Assembly (NCBI GenBank): GCA_001655205.1
Contig: LPNZ01006843.1
Location: forward strand, 1-19,459
From: Lenisia limosa
Lineage: Eukaryota; Protista; Breviatea
Length of the DNA stretch: 19,459 bases
Direction: 5' to 3'
Both the position numbers and the translations under genes were made by a program. The notes under the pieces are model-generated. The model did not search any database. It saw nothing but the letters and a program-made list of their open reading frames with translations, and was not told the DNA's origin. Each line of letters starts with the position of its first letter. The first letter of the stretch is position 1. This document shows, one piece after another, positions 1 to 8,852 of the stretch.

Positions 1-262
1 AACGTTATTTCGGTCCCCCAGGTTTATCATATTGACCCCTGTCATTTTTGTGGCCCGCCCCGGCACCAGGGTCACCCCCCTGCTTTAATAAGAACTAGCT
101 TGCGCAAACAGAAGCTTCTTGGCTGTGGTTGGCCGTTATCTTCTCTGAACGAACTACGCCCCTTCTTTAGCTTTCTAAAGCTCATTCGGTTATGCCAGAG
201 GCGGATTGCTTTTGCCATTGTGTATTATAATTTCCCGTACTATTACTTTTATTGCCAGATAA

Positions 263-540
263 TGGTTGGTGGTAGTGGTTACATTGTATGCATTTTCATT
301 CTCCAAACAAATCCACAATAATGATAAAAAGGTCAGTACCTTTCCTGTGGTGCAATTATTCAAAAATTGACAGGGATGGCAATGACGCAGATGAAATTTG
401 AAAGAGGTGGCGGCGCAGGAGATCTGGGAAAGTGAAATTCTGCCAAATCTCATACATGAAAGTGCTTCAGGGCCTCCACTAAAATAGCTGCTATTTCCAA
501 ACTTTTACGATTCACGAGATGCCAGCACAATCCCAGCATG
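263..540 (+). pseudogene. Possible decayed or unresolved coding fragment
   Basis: Frame WLVVVVTLYAFSFSKQIHNNDKK, a 42-nt GT-AG intron (332-373), then GWQ*RR*NLKEVAAQEIWESEILPNLIHESASGPPLK*LLFP with TGA at 383 and 392 and TAG at 485. No family recognised. Confidence 0.25.
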
Positions 541-806
541 ATCCAACACCAGGACAATCCAACAATCCAACAGCAGGTAGCTGGATTTCGTCATTGTTGG
601 GTACATCGTTTCGTTATTTTATTTGCTTGGGTGCTTGGACGATTAAAATGAATACGTTATCAATTCCCATATCAAAGAATATTTCATATTGTTGTGAATA
701 AGTAGATGTAATAACAAGCACCCTGTGTTGTGACATTTTGAACTTGTTTTGAACACAAATTGATAAACTGACACATTGATATCATAGAAGCTCAAAACAA
801 CAAATC

Positions 807-3151
807 CTATCTTTTGTGGATTTGAAGAGTCTTCGTATCAACAATCCTTGAAATGTATTTTGATCGACAAACTGCACATTTGGGTGAATGCGAAAACTCT
901 ACATGGTAAATGATACCGTATTGAAAGATAATAGTTACACTGTACTTCTCACTTTCTAAAGATGTGATGCAACTGTCATGATAAACATGCCCACAAGATA
1001 AGATGATGATCTGAATGATGAAATTGACGTCAGAGTACCCTTACCTTTCGTTTTGATATTAGCAATGAAGATAGGCAAATAGGACAGTTATTAAAACCGC
1101 GCTCCTGAGCCTAAAGAGGTCAGCCACACAATGATGTGGCATACAGTTTCTGCCAAAGAACACCAATTCGTTTGTCGTTCCAAAATCTGGTCATCGAGAG
1201 AGCTGGGCAATTAAGCAACACACAAGCCAACCTGAAAATGGCTCTTGCTGCAGTAAGGTCACTATCAAGTTGAGCACACAGCTGGTCAACTTCACATTCC
1301 CTTTTGTCTGCCTCCTTCACCAGCGCTGTTGCTCCGGTGGACACCTAATTGTAAATTATATATTGCGACTCTTTACCTTGCCTGCGGCAACTCTCATTCG
1401 TAATTCCCTGCTTTTTGGCGGGTTGACTTTCCACAATTGAAGAACCCAAACTCTGGCCTGATACCCCCTGTGATGGTAAAATAAGCGCCTAACCCCATCG
1501 GAAGATTTGAAATTTGAAAATGGAAGGAAATCCTTGAATTCCACATTAAAACGTGTATGACCGTCAAAATCTCATTCTTTGAGTCATTTCACAATGTTCA
1601 CTATCATTGTTCACATTGCGTAGTGATGTGATTCCTCATATCCACTCGTGATAATTGAACGACAAGTCTCAGATACTCTGATACACTCGGGGTGAACCCT
1701 CGGGTTATCTTATTTCATCAGTTCGACTTTGAAAGTCGGTCCTAACATAATATCATCATCGGTCCTAACATAATATCATCATAGCGCAGGTGGATAATTA
1801 TGGGAAAACATTACTTCGCATACCTAAACAACTTCTGAATCATAACAGCAGCAGACCATTTCATCCCAACTAATCCATCTGAAATCACTCTTTTCTATGG
1901 GTATGAGAAAAAGTCATACATTATCCAAATCACTGTTCCATACCTGGTAGTTTTGATGTCGACAAATAGGGCAAGCAGGAACCTATTGCGACATAACTAG
2001 GACATTGGGAAAAAATTGAAATGGTAAGATTACACCACTTACTTGAACACATTTCTCAAACGCGGAAATACAAGCCATGTGCACAGTATGGGAGCATGAC
2101 AAAAGAGCCTAGTGGTAAGGGTGAAGGGAGTAACTAGCTACTTGTTTCTTGGAACCGAGACTATCATGGCAGATGATGCAATCGTGCAAGGAATCCCCCC
2201 TGCTTCTTGAAACGGTTAACACCTGAAGATGAGCGGCACTCTTAAGATGCGTTTTATTGAAAATATTTTGAAATATCGTACCATATTCCAATCAGATTGG
2301 CTCATAGATGCTGTAGACTTCAACCCTGGTACCAATCCCATTCGCTGGGCTAACGGTTACATAAAATATCTGTATTACCTACCCAGAGTCTGCTGATTCG
2401 CATTGAAGTGAAGGCCCGTATCTGTGAACCCACCTCCCCACGGGATATCCTTGTTCAAAACAAGAGGTAAAACCTACACATGACAAACGTTACATCGACA
2501 ACAAACCTTGATTCTAACACTTGCTGGGGGTTTGAGTTCCGTTTCCACTTCAGGTACCTTGGTAGACGCAATCTTCTCTGACCCTCTCCTCATAGCTGAT
2601 GCACCACTTTTAGAAAGGGGTCCCGGAGGGGTCGAAGAAGCACGTTCACTTCGTGTTTCCGTTTTCTACAACTCTGTAATCAGGAAACCAAACACAAATA
2701 TAAACGATGGTGTTCCTTTTAAGCAAGTAATCGCCCTAACCCAGGCTGACTTTGAGTGAAGCTGATGAGGTTAATGCTCTTCTAACCCTTCGATCTGATG
2801 TCCTAGCAATCTATCAGGACAGACAAACAGTCCCTACCTCGTCACACTTGCCACTTTCGGCACATTCATTCCACCGAGCTTTCGGACATAGTGATCTTGA
2901 AGAGCTGCTGCCTGGGTACTCAGATGCCTAACCAGCTGATATTTACAGCCTCGAGTATCAACAACATATTTGCTGCATTTTGACTATCAATAGCATATTT
3001 ATAGCCTCGAGTATCATTGAGTATCAACAACATATTTGCAGCATTGAGTCCATACATTCGCAGTAAAGCATACCGTCAGAATTTCAGTGGACTTCTCGTC
3101 AGCAACTCCTTTGGTCCGCTTTGGGGTCATTGGGGAGGGACGTCGGCTCAT
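807..3151 (-). CDS. RNF32: RING finger protein 32 (two RING domains plus IQ-like motif), about 16 exons
   Basis: The spliced translation matches recalled RNF32 motifs in order: EILT|AAALQDH, TLAQRMGLV, SQSDWNM|VLTVSRSRGDSLHDCIICHDSLGSKKQ|ALLSCSHTVHMACISAFEKCVQ|VPACPICRHQNYQ|KRVISDG...MIQKLFR|GYQARVW, NNCPICLSSL...IILSCGHVYHDSCITSLEKFSHSPKCAVCRSKY. Phase-consistent GT-AG introns: 2912-3073, 2474-2506, 2350-2382, 2223-2281, 2109-2141, 1983-2042, 1895-1943, 1468-1823, 1345-1376, 1203-1231, 1111-1144, 1011-1044, 899-952. ATG at 3151, TAG at 809-807. Splicing between about 2675 and 2845 is unresolved. Confidence 0.9.
1736..1781. repeat. Perfect 23-nt tandem duplication in an RNF32 intron
   Basis: tcggtcctaacataatatcatca occurs at 1736-1758 and 1759-1781. 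Confidence 0.95.
2939..3045. repeat. Imperfect ~41-nt duplication in RNF32 intron 1
   Basis: atatttacagcctcgagtatcaacaacatatttgctgcatt (2939-2979) recurs at 2995-3045 with two substitutions and a 10-nt insertion (ttgagtatca). Confidence 0.9.
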
Positions 3152-3652
3152 GGCCTGAGGGTGGGTTGGATAGGTTGTTTAGTGGGGGGGGGGGCAATCT
3201 ATTTGATTTCACCAAACCCAAAAATACAACAACCAAACTAACTGGAATCAGGAAAGGAGTAAAACCAAAAAAAATAGACTATAAAGACTTTAAATTGGAC
3301 TTTTTCTCCGTCATTGTAGAGGTATCATGAAAACCTTAATCAAGGATTTACATGAATCCAAGGCTTTTTACTTCAAATCAAATGGGTTCTCATCACTTTG
3401 ACAAAGGCTCGGCAAAGGAATGTGTGATGACGTTGCGAGCCTGTCCAGATTCAAACCTGGACCAGTGTCCCCCATTCTATACACCTCCTAGATTCAGATT
3501 CATTCATCTATTCATCTATTCAGCATCTATTAGTATATTAGTAATTAAGTATATTTTTTTATTTATAATATACTCTTTATATGAAAATAAAAAACATTAA
3601 AAGTGTATTCTGCTTTACTCCTACGACAGAACTTTCTGTGTAATAAAAGGAT
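3152..3652. promoter_or_regulatory. Putative bidirectional promoter between RNF32 and HAP2
   Basis: 501 nt separate the divergent ATGs (3151 minus, 3653 plus). The region contains a G11 run (3184-3194), ATTC/ATCT short repeats (about 3490-3532) and an AT-rich block (about 3530-3610). Promoter function is inferred. Confidence 0.5.
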
Positions 3653-6600
3653 ATGAGTCAGGATTATCACGCCTTATCGTTCTTACTAGTAGTATTATTG
3701 TTTACTGGAGTTATTGGAACCTGGACAGTACAAAAATGTAGCGACTCGCCCACCTTGGAGTGAGTACTATGACAGTAAGCAGCCCTAACCTGTTTAGCTG
3801 TGTGGATGGCAACAAATTGGTGTTTCAGCAAGATATTAGTTCAAATAACGCGGAAATTCAGCTTGCAGAAGGTTGGCTTGGGCATTTTGATGATTTGACT
3901 TTCTCCAATCTGATAGGGGAATCCAATCTTCTTAGTTCCAGTTTTGTTCTGCTCCTCCTCCACCACGATTTGACGACCCAGGAACCTTTGTTAATGACAA
4001 TGATGGGCTGAAATGGATGGTTACATCAGATATCACCATCCACATCGCCCTCAACGGAAATGTCAAATACTGTATGTGAGGATTTTTTTGGACTTGGGGA
4101 ACAGGTATTGATCTTGTCTTTGGGAAACACTGATATTTTAAATCGGATATAGCAGGCATTAACAAATGGTGTTTTAATTAATCACAAACATGGGCATTTA
4201 TGTTGTGGAGCCCGACGACTCGTTCTGCCGCCTTGCGTTCTGCTCAAGTTCCTATCTTCCTTAACTTCTGATCTGCCAACTTATTATGCGCTAAAAATTC
4301 AATTATTGGCTTTAATTCTGCATTTCTACGTATTCTCTAATTCTCTGATGGTATATCCGCTCAAACCTCAATAACGGCCCACATAATGTCTATTCCCCTT
4401 TCCTCCTTGTACATACCAATAACCCGTTTAAGTAGTATGGTCTTTGTTTTTTGTATCTTCAGACAATAAAACTATTTTTTTATTATTTTGTGGTGTACCA
4501 TCCATGTTTGTTGTTTCTACATTCCATTCCCACCAACACCGCCAGACTTGTCAACGCGACAAATCGACACAGTCAACGAAGCTGAAGTCGTCAGAGTACA
4601 GAACTCCGCAATCTCGTGGGCTGGCTTTATTATTAGTGTAGCCTGGCTAGCTAGTATTTGTTCAATATAAGCATCAATGTTGAAGTGTTCCCTTGGAACT
4701 TGAGGGAGTCAAGGAATTCCGAAGTAACTGTTTAGGACTTGTCCTTCATCATCCATCTGTTGCACCGAAAGCGGTCTCAAATGGTGGGCTTGGTTCTTCT
4801 GTTTGCGTCCACATTTGCTCTATTTTTTTTACTTGTTGCGTTTTGCTTCCACCACATTAATCTGTTCTCTTCAGCAGTGACCCTTTTAGGGAGTACAAAC
4901 TAAACATGGGTGACGAATATGGGGTGTACATATTCCAAAATGCCCTGTTTGAGTTCTCCTCCACTGTCACCGTCAACACTTTCACCCACCAAATGAGCCT
5001 TGAAGCCACCTCGAGCCACTCCAATATGTCCTCGGTGGTAAGAGGGGGCTAAATGTCGATTTTCTTAACCAAAAACGACCACATAACATAGCGTTCTTAT
5101 TTTTTTCAAGTACTGGGAAGTTTCCTACATCATCATAACTACAATGTGAAACATTGAGTAGTGCGAGACAGTCTAACAATGAAGGAGTTCTACACAGGAG
5201 ACATAGGTCAGAATGACATCAAATTACTATGGATGAAGGGCTCTCAATCACAAGGTATGAGAGAGCAGTCGAGAGTGATATTAATTCTGTGGTGCTTATA
5301 CTTTAGCCTTCTTTGTCGAGCGGCGATATATGGGAACTGAAGTCAACAAACTTGGGGTCTCCACGGCCGGCTTTCTGTCTTCAGCAAGTTGCCAAAAGGA
5401 TAACTTTGCCCTTTCCAGGATTCTCACTGATGATGGAATGAAACTAGTATGTCACCCCTTGGCTCCTTCTGACCTTGCAGATGTCCGATTTTCTGACAAA
5501 TAAACCTGAAGACCTTTTCCTTGGCTGCTCTCGAGCCGAATCAGAGCCAGATAGCTTTATTGTATGAGGGAAATGTTGCATTTTTCAAACTACTATCAGC
5601 CAAGGTCCTCCACCTCACAACCCAGGGTTTAAGCTGCAGCCATGGCTCAGGTATCTTAAAGGCACGCATAGACGTTTCCCCTATCACCCCCCTCGTCGCG
5701 TCCTATGGGATACCTATCTTTACGGTTTGCGCAAACGCTCTGGAAGAATTTCTTGAGAACAGGGTCTGACTTTAAAGCTTGCCAATCTAGAGGAGTTCCA
5801 ACTTGGACGAACTGCGGCATCAGTTATTGTTAGCATTGAAAACGACTCTGTTTTTGATGGTGAGCGGGGGTAAAGGCCTACTTACGCGATGTACAGTGAC
5901 CAACTTCTTTCCCCTAGTTTACAAATGAACGGGCCTTCCAATATGGCTGACTCTTCAGACGACTTTGTAGTTGCAGTGTCGGAGTGTTCAGTGTCAGTTC
6001 GCACTTCTGCAGCACAAACGGTTTGTTCAATACCAAAAATAGTGATGATTTCACCAAATTACTTCCTTGTAGCTTTTTGGATTTGGGTGTTTGATTTGCG
6101 TAGGTCCATCTTGCTGCTGGTAAAAAGACCACAACTCCCCTTTTCTTCAATGTTGTTGTGATGGGTGCTCCTCAGGTAAGAAACCCTAAAGGTGCTTTGA
6201 TAACTTGGCAGAAGGCCATAGAGCCGAGCTTCTACTGTACCCTAACAGCCTCAACTGGCACAAAAGTGGGATCGGGGTGGTACCATTCCACAACACCCAT
6301 CACCTGTTGAAGCTGACCAAAAAGGTGATGGCCACAGTGACGGCAACCNNNNNNNNNNTATTGAGTCGCACGAGGCCTATGTCGCCGCCGCCATCGCCGA
6401 GCCGACTGCCGATGGCTCCTGCGCTACCGGATAGTGGGGGGTAGTTCTCAAAAGCTAGGGAAGCTGTCTTGGACATATGATTAAAAATCGAAGAGCAGGT
6501 TTCTTGTGTGAATAATAATTCTTAAATCAAATCCCTACCGAGTGAAAGCGGCAAAATTAGTGTTAATCAAATTATTATAACACACCAAAAGGAATAGCGT

Positions 6601-8029
6601 ACTTTGGACATCCACGACAAATACTCTCACCTTTGTTACTCCTCCCCAAGTGTATACGCCGACGACACTGGTACTTGCACTTGCTCCAGTCGATGCGCGA
6701 GTTGCGAGGAAGGCTTCATTTCAACAGAAACAAACTGCGCAACACCCAATCAAGGCGTAGGCATTGCAATTGTGTCGTTTCATTTGAGGCTTTGCTGAAC
6801 ACACCTTTACTACTCTGCCTCACTTTTCAGATAACCCTCAACGACAATGTGAGTCTCATCGTCAACTGGTCGCAGGGTCAATTTGCCATTCTCTCACTTC
6901 TCAGGTGACATCGCTTTTACCGGATCTGCAGAAGACAAACTCGACTACTTCCATAAATTTCACCAGCGATGTCCCCAGTGTCTCCTCTACAAGTGTATGA
7001 TGGTTTTGCTGTACTATTACTTAGCAGATTATGTGGCATTGATCTGCAATTCACCCGTTCGTACAGAAGTAATCTATTTAGGGTATCTTGTTGGCTGGAC
7101 TTGTGCTCGTGACAATCATGCTCTTCGTAAGGGGGAGGGGGGTTTGTTCAATTCAAGGAAGAAAATGGATTCCAGATTTTCTTCCAAGAACTAAGATTGT
7201 AGCGGCCTAAATGCGCGGCAAGAAAGCCGAAGAAGAAGTTCTCGATCCATGACGCTTTCCTTGAGTTCATGGAGTCTCAATCCCAAACACCAAGTACGCT
7301 GTCTTATTTGAATTCAACTCACTTTTTCAGTTCAAACCCCAATGAAGAAAAAGAAGGGTTTCACGGAACCCCAATTTGAACAATCTTACCAGGACTCCGT
7401 CTCTCAGAGGGACTTGGTTGGTACCATCGACTTTGAAAGAGCCCCTTGGTTGTCTCATTTCTTAGGAATTCATGAACCAAACCCTCTACAATCTGCGTAA
7501 TAAAGGAATGTACCAAGTACAGGTCCAAAAGCCAAGTGGGGAGGTTCAAATCTTCTTTTTACTCGCCATTTTATAACTATGATGAAATTTTGGACTTTTC
7601 CAAGACTAACTCTCTAGTTGCCAACCTGCCTCCAGCTTCACCATATGTTAGTCCGGGACTGAGAGGGTAATAAGTGTCTGATGTTACAGACGCCAAACTT
7701 CCATAAAGGCCAGGCTCCAGAAAGGCCCTCCAAGTCGGCGTGCAAGGTACTTACCGGACTTCTTGACATGGCTGACCCTTCAGATCACTCCTCGAATGCA
7801 AGGTCCTGACAGCAGCTTCTCGTCCTTTGGGAAAACAAAACGAAAACTTGACCTGACCCCATCAGTTTGGAGGATTGTTTCTATTCACACCAAAAAGAGT
7901 CCTCTAACAGCACAGGGCCTTCCAACAGCTAACGACAATATGGCTGCAGTGAACGCTATCACTGCACATGACCCCAGAATGCTTCAAATGGTGAGTTTTG
8001 AGACCTCTTTTATCAACAAAGAGGGTTGA
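3653..8029 (+). CDS. HAP2: Divergent HAP2/GCS1-like gamete fusogen (class II fusexin), more than 20 exons, crossing an assembly gap
   Basis: Signal peptide MSQDYHALSFLLVVLLFTGVIG, followed by segments collinear with recalled HAP2 motifs: VQKCSDSPTLDCVDGNKLVF; TVNEAEVV; TCPSSSICC; GDEYGVYIFQNALFEFSSTV; FQVLGSF..NEFY; FFVERRYMGTEVNKLGVSTAGF (compare MLLERVRFTLDGLECNKIGVGYEAF); domain III SVIVSIEN..DFVVAVSECS..FYCTLTASTGTKLTKKVMATVTAT; Cys-rich GTCTCSSRCASC; TM GILLAGLVLVTIMLF (7082-7126); basic tail RPKCAARKPKKK. Introns include 3760-3797, 3872-3981, 4072-4545, 4784-4874, 5038-5091, 5146-5184, 5255-5306, 5447-5480, 5562-5604, 5725-5762, 5860-5958, 6021-6103, 6176-6211, 6266-6312, 7127-7202. The stop is either TAA at 7498-7500 or, with further splicing, TGA at 8027-8029. 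Confidence 0.78.
4190..4459 (-). mobile_element. Degenerate Ty1/copia-like gag (UBN2/Retrotran_gag_2-like) fragment inside HAP2 intron 3
   Basis: A 90-codon frame TILLKRVIGMYKEERGIDIMWAVIEV*ADIPSEN*RIRRNAELKPIIEFLAHNKLADQKLRKIG resembles the copia gag pattern MW..L...EL.....EFL......QLR.IG. It has three stops (4363, 4339, 4246) and no frameshift. Confidence 0.5.
6349..6358. other. Assembly gap (10 N) inside HAP2, just after domain III
   Basis: Run of N. Confidence 0.99.
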
Positions 8030-8349
8030 TTATACATAGTATATATGATATATTATATAAATAATGGAGATGACACCCTAGGGTGGACTCAGTGACACAG
8101 GCCTTGCCGGGAACAATGAGGCCAACCTTCTCATGGACCCAGGTTTTAACATGGTATGAGCTCCTACAGCTGGTTTAGGCTTTAACTGTTTAGGGCGTTG
8201 ATTACCCCACCCACCTGACAGACATGTCAGGATTATGACACGTAATGTATCTATTGGTTGTGTATTAGTGTTTCTTAGGTTTTTCTTAGAGTATTTATTT
8301 AATTATAACCCCCCCCCCTTTTTTTTTTTTCAAAGAAATCAAAAAAATA

Positions 8350-8445
8350 NNNNNNNNNNNNNNNNNNNNNNNNNNNNNNNNNNNNNNNNNNNNNNNNNNN
8401 NNNNNNNNNNNNNNNNNNNNNNNNNNNNNNNNNNNNNNNNNNNNN
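8350..8445. other. Assembly gap (96 N)
   Basis: Run of N. Confidence 0.99.
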
Positions 8446-8499
8446 ACCGCCGCCTGTGCACTGTAACAGTCGTTGTTTGGAGTCAGACACGCTCGACTG

Positions 8500-8714
8500 T
8501 AAAGCAGCAGCATCTATGATGGTGATGGGACATTGATGATGGATGAGAACTTCAGCCACAAACTATATGAAGGTCAGCTTTGGGAATGATTTGGTGTAAG
8601 GAGTGGCGAATACAGCCAATGAGATTTGGTCTCCTCTATGGCTTATTGTCATTTTGCTAGCCAAGTGTCTTCCGCTCTTGGTTGTGCTAAAAGGTCAGGC
8701 ATTGGACCTCTGAA
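8500..8714 (+). CDS. Possible terminal exons of a gene whose 5' part lies in the gap
   Basis: SSSIYDGDGTLMMDENFSHKLYE, a 28-nt GT-AG intron, then GVANTANEIWSPLWLIVILLAKCLPLLVVLKGQALDL* with a hydrophobic C-terminal stretch. No family recognised. Confidence 0.25.
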
Positions 8715-8798
8715 ATGAAAAAAAAAAAGAAGGCATGCATCACCGTCAAGTTGGAATGATGAGAGGTATTATACACTATATGAACGCAACAATCACAG

Positions 8799-8852
8799 TT
8801 GATCCTAATTTAAGAGTGTGTGAGCATGCCCCTTGGTCCTAATTTAAAAGTG
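8799..8852. repeat. Imperfect 20-nt direct repeat, 34-nt period
   Basis: ttgatcctaatttaagagtg (8799-8818) versus ttggtcctaatttaaaagtg (8833-8852), 18 of 20 identical. Confidence 0.8.

Noticed and set aside
1736-1781. 23-nt repeat as a CRISPR-like array
   Set aside because: Only two adjacent copies with no spacer, inside a eukaryotic intron.
3325-3490. Short frame MKTLIKDLHESKAF...DDVASLSRFKPG as a transposon or gene relic
   Set aside because: Interrupted by a stop, with no recognisable motif and no convincing splice signals.
3653-4133. Stand-alone small secreted protein (ML/NPC2-like)
   Set aside because: The sequence aligns better with the HAP2 N-terminus and splices in phase to downstream HAP2 exons. 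It is kept only as a possible truncated isoform.
5610-5757. Alternative frame QGPPPHNPGF...RRFPYHPPRRVLWDTYLYGL as a separate gene
   Set aside because: It overlaps the HAP2 exon in another frame, and the HAP2 frame splices consistently on both sides.
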